Assembly (NCBI RefSeq): GCF_006345805.1
Contig: NC_043011.1
Coordinates: 45,272,464 to 45,336,463 of the forward strand
DNA from: Octopus sinensis
Taxonomy: Eukaryota
Direction: 5' to 3'
Length of the DNA stretch: 64,000 nt
The notes below the pieces were generated by a model. It worked only from the letters and a program-made list of their open reading frames with translations. It did no database searches and was not told the origin of the DNA. Positions 39,530 through 51,100 of this stretch are shown in pieces. Numbering within the stretch: the first letter of the stretch is position 1; the number at the start of each line of letters is the position of its first letter. The translations under genes were made by a program, and so were the position numbers.

Positions 39530-40032
39530 CATGTTACTCCCAATAAATGTGTTGGGTGCTCTTCTATTCTCTCGTAAATGTGTGTGTGAGTGTCTGTGTG
39601 TATACAGACATGAAATAGAAACCCCATAAAACATTGTTTTATGTTTATTTTAACTTGAAAAGGTCTGTAGTTTCTATTAATGGATATTTTCATGTTTCAT
39701 ATTCTATAAGTGACTGTTTAACAAGCTACGTACAAAAGAAGCCTTGGAACTGTCCAAATTTCAAAGTTGCCGTATTGTGGGTCAATCTTATGGTGGACTT
39801 AGCGTAAAATCGCAGAAAGCCTTGGGATCCTGCTTTCTACAGTTAATAGGGTGATTGTGCAATTCCCCAGAAAGGGGAAGGAGTCCACATCACCTTGCCC
39901 AGGTCGACCAGGGCCCTCTGACAGGACCCTTTGCTTTGTTAGGTAAAGTGTGGAGAATAATCCTAATCGCAAGGCCTCTGACATAGCAGAAAAAGTTGAT
40001 GTTAGTCCCAGACCAGCTGTCACAAACTTGGC
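39530..40032 (+). mobile_element. Tc1-like transposon 5' fragment (HTH region)
   Basis: ELSKFQSCRIVG...[21 protein letters not shown]...PGRP...VENNPNRKASDIAEKVDVS, with frameshift and stop. Confidence 0.7.
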
Positions 40033-40310
40033 TACTATATATATATATATATATGTGCCTTCGAAACATGGAGTAGTTGAAACAGGGACAACTGATGAAG
40101 GGGAATATTCTTTATGTTGCATGTCTCGCTCCTCTGTATTTTTTTTCGTTGTTCGGAAAAAAGATTGTTTTCTATGTTTTTGTTTTTATGTTTTCGTTTC
40201 TCATTGTGTTCAACATTTTTTTAATGTCCGTACCCATATATGCATGTATATATACATATATATGTAGGTAGGTGCATATATGTATGTATATATGCATATC
40301 TATTATATGC

Positions 40311-40344
<34 letters not shown>

Positions 40345-40679
40345 AGTTAATCCAAACAAGAAAACAAAAAAGACAACAACGCGAGGATGTGGAACAATTA
40401 AAGTATTATTAGGCGCTCAGGAAAAAAGGGAAGAAGGAGGGTATGACGTTTCGAGCGGAGCTCTTCGTCGGAAACATAGGAGAAAGAAAGATCCCGAGGT
40501 GGGAGGACAGAGGGAAAAAAAATGCAAGTGGTCTTCACGATGTATATGTGTGTGTGTGTGTATGTATCTATGTATGTACGTATGTAGGGTTCACCATATA
40601 TTTGTTAACAGACTTTAGTAGGCCTTAACTGGAAGAAGTAGTTAGACGACACGCTCCCCAAATTAGTCGTTTCTCTCTC

Positions 40680-41070
40680 AAACACATCGATAACTTTAAC
40701 AAGATAGAAAATTCCAGTTTGATAGAGCAAATCAGCGAAAAGATGCGCACAGCTGCTCGTGGCCGAAGCTGGCAACCGCAGAGATTCACAGATCGCCAAC
40801 TTATTCGGATGAGCTCATTCATGTTGAGGGCCATGAAAGAAATGAGTCACCGGAGATGAGTCACTTGCGGCCAAGACAAAGAAATATACTTTGTAGTCAG
40901 ATGTCATCAGAACGACTATATTTGGGCAGCAAAACCGGACGTCATCAATGACATCCACAGAAAGTCGTTGAAGGCCTTTAGTGAGCAGTTCAAGATGGCA
41001 AAGTCGGACACATGGGCAAAGAGGACATCAGATACACGTCTAACGTGGAAAGACGAAAGAGTGCGAAAGA
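40680..41070 (+). mobile_element. Highly decayed RTE-type LINE C-terminus
   Basis: Frame-hopping pieces GRSWQ, RQL.R, RPRQRNILCSQ, KSLKAF, DTWAKR..D.RLTW occur in the order expected for an RTE ORF end. Confidence 0.45.
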
Positions 41071-43312
41071 TATACTCTTTACTCTTTACTCTTTTACTTG
41101 TTTCAGTCATTTGACTGCGGCCATGCTGGAGCACCGCCTTTAGTCGAGCAAATCGACCCCAGGACTTATTCTTTGTAAGCCCAGTACTTATTCTATCGGT
41201 CTCTTTTGCCGAACCGCTAAGTGACAGGGACGTAAACACACCAGCATCGGTTGTCAAGCAATGCTAGGGGGACAAACACAGACACACAAACATATACACA
41301 CACACTTATATATGTATACATATATACGACAGGCTTCTTTCAGTTTCCGTCTACCAAATCCACTCACAAGGCATTGGTCGGCCCGGGGCTATAGCAGAAG
41401 ACACTTGCCCAAGGTGCCACGCAGTGGGACTGAACACGGAACCATGTGGTTGGTTACCAAGCTACTTACCACACAGCCACACCTGCGCCTATGTATATAT
41501 TTATTTATTTATTTATATAAAGACAGACAGACAGAAAGGCAGGCAGACAAGCAGGTAGGCAAACAGAGAGAAAGAGAGAGAAGTGAAAGAAACAAACAAA
41601 CAAAAGACTCCGTGTGAGGCAAGAGCTGCAAGAATCGTGTGAAAACATTATCCCCGCATCCTTGCCCACCCCCGCTCGACATCGTAGGATCTCCTGGGTC
41701 TCCTGAGTTAAACCCGTTGGGCTGCTGCATCTGTGGCCTCATCACAAGGAAACCATCATGGGAGTTAAAGGCAGCATAAACGAGACGCAGCTGAACTTCA
41801 TCTCACAATAGTCGATCCAGTGGCCACATTAGGACCAACGTTGGTGTTGAGGGCCGTTTTCTTAAATGCCTTCTCCTCCACCACCAGACCCAAACCACGC
41901 CGTCTTAGATTTACGGGAACGTGGGCGATGTTTTCGTTGAAATGTGTTGTTTTTGTTATTGTTTTTGATGTTGATCGTGATGCTTTTGTCATTGTTGTTC
42001 GTGTTGTTGTTGTTGTTGTTGTTGTATAGTGCTTGTTTATCTTTGTATGTTGTGGTCTTGGTTAACTGGCGCACCCTACATGTGTGTGTGTGTGATTGTG
42101 TGTGCAGTTTGAGTCTGTATGCATATGTGTGTGTGTGCGTGCGTTCATATGGGTACATATACACAAGACATACATTTACAGTAATACGTAAACACATTCA
42201 TATATGTGTGTGTGTGTCTGTATGCGTGTGAATGTGTGTGTGCGTGTATGCGCGTGTGTGTGTGTGTGTGTACTATTCAATGACACACTAACCCACTGAC
42301 TAATCAAAAAATATACGCTCAAATATATCTATTGGAGACAGCCAAACAAAAAAAAGCCCACACACACCCCACCGCATGCGCATATATACACTTATATATA
42401 CAGACACACACACACGCACAAACACTAATACAAGTACACAAGCACAATGGGTGTGGTGAGCCATGATTTAGAAGTTTCACATTTGAAACTCAACAATAAC
42501 AATATTGCCTTAGGTGATACACACACACCCCTTCACATAATCGCACACACGCTCACACACACATATGTGTGTAGGTGTACTCTTTTGTTCTGTTACTTGT
42601 TTTAGTCATTTGACTGCGGCCATGCTGGAGCACCGCCTTTTGGTCGAAGAAATCGACCCCAGGGCTTAATATTCTTTGTAAGCCTAGTACTTATGCCATC
42701 GGACACTTTTGCCTAACCGCCAACATCGAGTGTCAAGCGATTGTGGAGAAACAAACACAGACCCACATATAAATACATAGATAATTATATTGCATATATA
42801 TATATCCCAATTTTTATTTAATTTGCTTTGCGGGAAGGATTGTTTCAATGAAGTCGCGTCTTGTCCTTGCCTTCGTAACGTGGAGTAGTTGAAACAGGGA
42901 CAACTGAAGAAGGGGAATATTCTTTATGTTGTATGTCTCGTTTCTCTGTTTGTTTTTCATTGTTCGAAAAAAATGTTCATTTCTATGTTTTTGTTTCGCA
43001 TTGTGTTCAAGATTTTTTGATGTCCTGTACCCATATATGCATGTATATATACATATATATGTAGGCATGTACATATATGTATGTATATATGCATATATTT
43101 ATATATTATTTATATTATATATATTTATATGTATATATTTTTTTCCCTCTGTCTTCCCTTCTCTGGATCTTTCCTTCTCCTATGTTTCCGACGAAGAGCT
43201 CCGCTCGAAACGTTGAACCCTCCTTCTTTCCTTCTTTCCTGAGCGTCCAATAATACTATATTTGTTGCACGTCCTCGCGTTGTTGTGTTTTTTTGTGCTT
43301 TCTTGTTTGGAT

Positions 43313-43374
<62 letters not shown>

Positions 43375-44330
43375 GCGCCAGAGAAAAAATTGTTTGCTTG
43401 TTATCAGTCGTAAGACACTTGTTGTTTTCACCGTTAATGCTTCTGTATTCATGTTTCTGTATTCCATTATTGTTTTTTGTTTTGTTTTGTTTTTTATATA
43501 TCTGTCCCTTTTGCTGTCCTGGTGTTCGTATGCATTCGATCCTTCTTCCAGGAAATCTACGCTTCCAGCTTAGTTTTTCTAATGCTCGTTGCTTAGTTTT
43601 TCTTGGAGGGCTGGCCGTGATCTAGTAATCTCAAGATAATCAGCCGAAATTACTACGATGATCCGGTTCTTGACTGAAGACTGAGGGGTTCGAATGTCCT
43701 GTCCATGTTTATTGTATCGTCTTCTAAGAGTTATACGTTCTTGTCCATGTTGTATTTTTCTACATACCTTAATATATATATATATATTTCAGTTTGCGTC
43801 AGCCAAGTCCGCTTACAAGGCTTTGGTCCGCCTGAGGCTACAGTAGAAGCCACTTGCTCAAAGTGCCACGCAGTAGGACTGAACCTGGAACCATGTGGTT
43901 GGGAAGTAAGCTTCTTACCACACAGCCATGCCAGCGCCTATATATGCATGTGTGTGTGGGCGTGTTTATATTTGTGGTCATGAAGTCGTTGCAAAAAATA
44001 AAAACTACAAAGAATCTAGTGTAATGGATGGGTTGGTTGTTTATGACATTAGATTGAACGGGTTTAGGATGCGTACACAACACCACGGTCACGTTCAAGT
44101 CTTTACACGTTGTGGTTGCCTACACATACTCACTCGCACGCAAACAGACAGACACTCACACACATAGATATGTATACGTGTGCGCGCACGCCTGTATACA
44201 TTCACGCACACATGCACCCACCCACCCGCACGTACGCACACACACATATACACATACATACATACATACATATATGAATACATACATATATAAATACATA
44301 CATACATATATAAATACATACATATATGAA

Positions 44331-44364
<34 letters not shown>

Positions 44365-44670
44365 AATACATACATATATAAATACATACATATATAAATA
44401 CATACATATATGAATACATACATATATAAATACATACATACATATATAAATACATACATATATGAATACATACATACATACATACATACATACATACATA
44501 CACACATACATACATACATATATACATATATATATATACATATCGACTGACATTGGTCATCCTGTCAATAGGCTCACACAATCACTCACTCACGTACACA
44601 CGGACCACACTGGCGCCACCCTGCATATGTACACATGCGAATCCGTCTATATATACACGCATACCGACCA

Positions 44671-44704
<34 letters not shown>

Positions 44705-45454
44705 GCACACACACACAGGTACACGCGTGCACATACGCACGCGCGCACACATACGCACATCGATACTCACAGACCTATACATACAGGGGTTGGGCAAAAT
44801 AATTGGAACAGTAGAAATTTAACTCCAGAATTTCAATGAGCCATTGTATTACGAATATCCATCCAAATTTCATAGTGAGTTGGGGTTTTTTGTTTGTTAT
44901 TTATGTATTTTAGAATAGTTTTATTCATCTAATTTAATGATTATTTTCTATCTCTTTTCCAGATCGTAGTATAAATTAAGCTATGATGCGTGACCTCACT
45001 GAGTTCAAGGGCAAATTGTTGGAGCTCGAACAGCAGGAGCGTCCGTCACGAGAACAGCTGAACTCCTTGGTTTTTCGAGAGCTACCATATCAAGGACCGT
45101 GACTGAATTTGAGAAGCAGGGCAAAGCCTCCAGCAGGAGGGGGGCTAAGTCCAGCAGGACTTCGAAGCTCACAGACAAAGACCAACGAGGGATGAATCGC
45201 ATTGTGATGAAAAAATCACTGGACGGCTGTCCCTAAAGTGACTGCAGAATTGAATCAACATTTGACTAGCCCAGTTTCGAGGAAGACTGTTCGCCGTGTG
45301 CTCAATAAAGCCGAATATCATGGAAGAACCGCCATCAGGAAACCTCTGCTTTCTCATCAAAACATTCAGAAAAGGCTGAACTGGTGTAGAGATCACAAGG
45401 GCTGGTCGACAGACCAATGGAAGCAAGTTTTACTCTTTTCCCTCTGCAGGGCGA

Positions 45455-45690
45455 TTTAATCCACATCATTAACTGGTAACTATATATTTTTTTTTTGTTA
45501 TTTCCATTCAGAACAGGTTTGAACATTTTAGTGAAACCTTTATTATTTTTGTCCTTCTTCCAACCTCACTTATGTCATGTAGTTTGTGGAAAGGAAAAAT
45601 TAGAAAGAGACAGATAAGTTATATTAAATTTCTGGGGCTAAAAACAACAGTAACACCGTCCTCTATAGGACCTCCACATTTAGTTAGCCC
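45455..45690 (-). mobile_element. Penelope-like 3' fragment nested in Tc1
   Basis: Similar to 47445-47670. The minus strand gives FLIFPFHKL and FKPVLN, the end of a GIY-YIG ORF. Confidence 0.7.
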
Positions 45691-45727
45691 GGGGAAGCTT
45701 TTAATCCTGACTGCCTTCTTCCTACAG

Positions 45728-45765
<38 letters not shown>

Positions 45766-46111
45766 ATTTGGCTCAAAAGCAAATAGCAAGGCCATGTAGG
45801 GGGACATGGAGTTAAGTACAGGGTGGTGTTCATATAAAGAGTTCAGGCCACTTGAGGTCAAGGGAGGCTTTGAACAAAGCGGTCGTCGGCATCTTCACCA
45901 TCTCGTCTGGCAGGAGAAAGCTCCTCTCCTTCGATTGAGATGAAATTGTCGCAGGTAGAGCTTTTCGGAATGACCCCGCAGCCGACGCTCTGGAGCAGGA
46001 GTGAAGAACAGCTCTTTCGAGAGGTTACACTTTCCGCTTATGATGTTGTGGGCGAGAATGAGATCACCACGGCGGCGGCGTTTTTCTAGAGAATAAAGGT
46101 CGAGCGTCCTG
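45728..46111 (-). mobile_element. 5'-truncated CR1 LINE with (CTAA)n tail nested in Tc1
   Basis: LDLYSLEKRRRRGDLILAHNIISG...LFF...LRGHSEKL...RRGAFS, then a short 3' UTR and a (taac)n tail at 45728-45765. Confidence 0.9.
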
Positions 46112-46895
46112 CACGGAGGTGGGTCTATGTTGGTTTGGATAGCCATTTCTTGGAATTCTCTTGGTCTAATTATTGCCCTGCATGGTAGGATTAACAGCAA
46201 TGATTATCTGAATATTTTCGAAAACCAAGTCCTTCCCATGGTCCAGACATTATTCCCTGATGGTGAGCGCAGCTTCCAAGATAATGATGCTCCAATACAG
46301 ACCTCTCGTGTGGTTAAAAATTGGCATGAAGAGCATAGTAGTGAGCTACAACACATGGAACGGCTCCTCTCCTTCAGTCTCCAGATCTTAATACTATTGA
46401 GCATCTGTGATGCATGTTGGAGCGTTAAGTTAGAAGTCGTTACCCTCCACCGTCGTGTCTGCAACAGCTGGAGCAGGTTTTGTAAGAAGAATGGCTCAAG
46501 ATTCCTCTCAATGAAGTCAAGAAGCTGTATGAATCAATTTCTAGACGCTGTTCAGAAAGCTAAAGGAGGACCAACTCCATATTAAATAAAATATTCACTG
46601 AATTTAAAACGTGTTCCAATTATTTGGTCCAACCCCTGTATGCACGTATATCGACCGCTGCACACAAACACACACGGGTACACCCGTGCGCATGCGCGCT
46701 CACACATACGAACACACATACACATCCATATACACACAAACACACACACACATACTTACACCCACACGTGTATATACTCAAATGCAGACACAAACGTATA
46801 TATACGTACGTACATACGCACATACATACACACATACACTTACAGCATCGGTTGTCAAGCGATGTTGGGGGGACAAACACAGACACGCAAACACG

Positions 46896-46933
<38 letters not shown>

Positions 46934-47103
46934 ATATATACGACGGGCTTCTTTCAGTTTCCGTCTACCAAATCCATTCACAAGGCTTTGGTCGGCCCGA
47001 GGCTATAGTAGAAGACACTTACCCAAGGTGCCATGCAGTGGGAGTGAACCCGGAACCATGTGGTTCGTAAGTAAGCTACTTACCATACAACCACTCCTAC
47101 GCC

Positions 47104-47160
<57 letters not shown>

Positions 47161-47369
47161 TATATATATATATAGGTACATACTCTCACATATGCTTATA
47201 CATATACATGCATATATACGTATATATATGCTTGTACATATATATGCATATACACGTACATACAAATATGTCCACCCAGCATGGGTGCACCGATGTCACT
47301 GGCATAGATCCCGCCTTTATTTTAACCTTGCGGCTTACATGTAATGGTTTTATGAGTGAACAAATTTAG

Positions 47370-48565
47370 TTGGTTTCGATCGTTTTTATATCAATCGGTG
47401 GGAGTCTCCTGTAATTTGTTTATATTCATATGTCAAAGATATTCTTTAATCCACATCATTAACTGGTTTGCTATATTATTGTTATTTCCATTCAGAACAG
47501 GTTTGAAAATTTTAATGAAACCTTTATTCTTTTGTTTTTCTGCCAACCTCACTGGTGTCATGTAGTTTGTGGAAAGGAAAAAATTAGAAAGAGAGAGATA
47601 AGTTATATTAAATCGCCGATGCTAAAAACAACAATAACACCGTCCTCTATAGAACCGCCACATTTAGTTGTAAATATATTTTTTAAATTAGAAACATAAA
47701 TGTGACCAGAGTCTTAAGAAATACTTACATTGCTAGAAATAAGAGCTAAGATGCTCCAATGCTGTAGTTGACGAACATGAATGAAAGCATATACACAATC
47801 AGGGAGTTGAATCGCTTTTTCGGATGATTCAGGTCCCTGTTAGTGAATATGCCTTCATTTATGTTCGTCAACTTACAGCATTGGAGCATCTTAGATCTCT
47901 TATTTCTAGCAACAGTAGCACCGTCCTCTATAGAACCGCCACATTTAGTTGGCAAATATTTTTTTTTTAAATTAGAAACATTTTCTGACCACATGTTTCT
48001 GTATGTCGGCTCAATGGACTTTGCTGAACATTAATGTTCTGGATTTGTTGTCTGTGAACTCGTGAACGTTCCGATAATGCCTACCCTCCCTCGCCAAAGA
48101 ATAGTTCCTCGCAGTTAGGGCATTTAATGCATTAGATCAAATTTCTGCTTTTGCAGTTCATATCTGCATTTGTGAAAATCTGTCCATTTTTTTTTTGTTC
48201 TAATGGATCTACCAGTAGGCATCTATTGACACGTTCCACATCTGTTTTCATTACACTTGGATACTGTGAATGTCTTATCCTGTTTGTTCATGTTGAATTT
48301 TGCCTTTGTTAATAGTTTTTTAAGGTTATGTGGTTGCTTTTTACATAAGATAAGTGTTTGATTAGTTATGTTGTTGTTGTTTTTTAATTTTTCACTTTGT
48401 TTCATGATTGGCAAATTTCTTTTGATGATGTTTAAAATGTTTTGGTGAAGCAGTTTGTGTGTTACTAGAAATGGTATTGTGTTCCGTTGATGGGTTCGTC
48501 TTTCTTCCTTTGTTCTACGTTGTTCTATAGGTATCTTTTTTGCTCGCTGTATGCTATTTACTATA
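47370..48565 (-). mobile_element. Penelope-like retroelement relic: linker and GIY-YIG endonuclease
   Basis: IPFLVTH...KQPHNLKKLLTKAK...KCNENRCGTC...MNCKSRNLI*CIKCPNCEELFFGE...LSER.RVHRQQI...H.ETCG...FKPVLN. Contains stops and insertions. Confidence 0.85.
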
Positions 48566-48800
48566 TATTTCTTTACTACCCACGAGGGGCTAAACACAGA
48601 GTGGACAAACAAGGACAGACAAACGGATTAAGTCGATTATATCGATCCCAGTGAGGTAACTGGTACTTATTCAATCGACCCCGAAAGGATGAAAGGTAAA
48701 GTCGACCTCGGCGGAATTTGAACTCAGAACGTAACGGCAGACGAAATACGGCTACGCATTTCGCCCGGCGTGCAAACGTTTCTGCCAGCTCGCCGCCTTA
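48566..48800 (-). mobile_element. Family C SINE with 16-bp target-site duplication
   Basis: tatgctatttactata at 48550-48565 and 48801-48816. Confidence 0.9.
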
Positions 48801-49438
48801 TATGCTATTTACTATAGTTTTGCTTGCGCAGAAATCCTGGTATTTAGATCATCTAGTATAGCACAAATTTTCCTGGCTATATTATTCATATATATTATTC
48901 TATACAAATTTACACAAATTCGGCGGAACATATAAGCACTTGACGCGTAATCACAGGGATGTGAGTTCGACTCTCATGGCTGGCCTGTAACGTATTTTTC
49001 TGCAATGTATGGATAATTTATCCTGTTCACGCTATTTTATTAGCATTATCACGCGTTTGAGAATAAAAAAAATTATTTCTGTATCCTTCAATACATCTCA
49101 ACGCTTCTAAAAACAAACTTTCTTTGTTTACTTTCATCGTAAGTTGAATATATCTGTATACGTATGTATATATATATATATCACCGTGACCGACCAGGGT
49201 ATCAGATGTTGCTACACATCGCTGGTCACAATGCGCTTCGCATTTTTTTAGCCTTCAAATGACGCCACCCCGCTGGTATATACATACACAAAACACAATT
49301 ACACATACACACACACACACTTCAGACTATACACAAGCTCACACACATACATATATATATCTATGTATACACACGCACTCAGACACATACATGCATATGT
49401 GTGTGAATGTGTATATATATATATATATATATTATATA

Positions 49439-50788
49439 CGAATATAAACAAGAAGGGTAGTAATATTATTTACTACCAGGTGCCCAGCACAAAAGACGAA
49501 TTAGTCATAAGACAAAAATATTATTCATATAGAAAAATATTATTCATGTAGTTATACAATTAAGGGCTCCTAAATTAAGATGCCGAGTGCTGGGAACACA
49601 AAAAGGGGATGAATTTATCGAGAGTGAAAATCAAAAACGTTTACCGATAACTTTAACTCGAACCGCGGATTTCTGCTTCTTTCTAGCAAAACACAGAATA
49701 TGTTTGCTAAGGCTAGCTTCATCAGCGAGTCGCCTAAATTTAATCGAGGTCTGCAGCGATGTGGGACCATGTGTTGAACCTGACTACTAGCAGATCTTAA
49801 CTTTTCAAATCTCTGCGCAGACGCAAAACTTACACGGCAGTATAGGGCATGCCGGGAAGAATTTTACGAATAAATCCATCATGTAATATGCGAATATAAA
49901 CAAGAAGGGTAGTAATATTATTTACTACCAGGTGCCCAGCACAAAAGACGAATTAGTCATAAGACAAAAATATTATTCATATAGAAAAATATTATTCATG
50001 TAGTTATACAATTAAGGGCTCCTAAATTAAGATGCCGAGTGCTGGGAACACAAAAAGGGGATGAATTTATCGAGAGTGAAAATCAAAAACGTTTACCGAT
50101 AACTTTAACTCGAACCGCGGTTTCTGCTTCTTTCTAGCAAAACACAGAATATGTTTGCTAAGGCTAGCTTCATCAGCAAGTCGCCTAAATTTAATCGAGG
50201 TCTGCAGCGATGTGGGACCATGTGTTGAACCCGACTACTAGCAGATCTTAACTTTTCAAATCTCTGCGCAGACGCAAAACTTACACACAAAAAGGGGATG
50301 AATTTATCGAGAGTGAAAATCAAAAACGTTTACCGATAACTTTTGTGTTCCCAGCACTCGGCATCTTAATTTAGGAGCCCTTAATTGTATAACTACATGA
50401 ATAATATTTTTCTATATGAATAATATTTTTGTCTTATGACTAATTCGTCTTTTGTGCTGGGCACCTGGTAGTAAATAATATTACTACTCTTCTTGTTTAT
50501 ATTCGCATATTACATGATGGATTTATTCGTAAAATTCTTCCCGGCATGCCCTATACTGCCGTGTAAGTTTTGCGTCTGCGCAGAGATTTGAAAAGTTAAG
50601 ATCTGCTAGTAGTCGGGTTCAACACATGGTCCCACATCGCTGCAGACCTCGATTAAATTTAGGCGACTCGCTGATGAAGCTAGCCTTATCAAACATATTC
50701 TGTGTTTTGCTAGAAAGAAGCAGAAACCGCGGTTCGAGTTAAAGTTATCGGTAAACGTTTTGATTTTCACTCTCGATAAATTCATCCC

Positions 50789-50792
<4 letters not shown>
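49439..50792. mobile_element. 452-bp tandem plus inverted repeat array with one hammerhead per unit (retrozyme-like or Penelope pLTR-like)
   Basis: Unit 1 at 49439-49890, unit 2 at 49891-50286, a short re-copied segment, then a full circularly permuted inverted unit at 50341-50792. (TA)n on both flanks. Confidence 0.85.
50666..50739 (+). ncRNA. Type I hammerhead ribozyme motif (minus-strand copies at 49656-49730 and 50108-50181)
   Basis: actcg-CTGATGA-a-GCT...long hairpin...AGC-a-GAAA-CCGCGG-TT-cgagt. 5-bp stem I, self-complementary stem III (ACCGCGGT), GUU site. Confidence 0.75.
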
Positions 50793-50827
<35 letters not shown>

Positions 50828-51062
50828 CTTTTACTTGTTTTAGTAATTTCACTGCGCCCATGCTGGAGCACCGCCTCAAAGGTTTTTAGTCGAATAAATC
50901 GACTCCGGCACTTTTTCTTGTTTAAAGCCTAGTATTTATTCTATCAGTCTCCTTTGCTGAACTGCTAATTTACGGGAACGAAAACAGTTGTCCAACAGTT
51001 GTTTGGGACAAACACAGACACAAAGACACGCACTTTCACACACACATACACGCACGCACATA

Positions 51063-51100
<38 letters not shown>

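Larger units (their letters stand above)
44983..46585 (+). pseudogene. Tc1 (DD34E-type) transposase pseudogene
   Basis: GQIVGARTAGASVTRTAELLGFSRATIS, RKPLLS...RLNWC...W..V, HGGGSMLVW, FQDNDAP, SPDLN.IEHL, AKGGPTPY*. Frameshifts, stops and an insertion of about 680 bp. Confidence 0.9.
44784..46638 (+). mobile_element. Tc1-family DNA transposon with both TIRs and TA target duplication
   Basis: TA|CAGGGGTTGGGCAAAATAATTGGAACA ... TGTTCCAATTATTTGGTCCAACCCCTG|TA: 27-bp TIRs with 2 mismatches. Confidence 0.95.

Noticed and set aside
45728-45765. Interstitial telomeric repeat
   Set aside because: It is (TTAG)n, not TTAGGG, and sits at the 3' end of the CR1 fragment as its tail.
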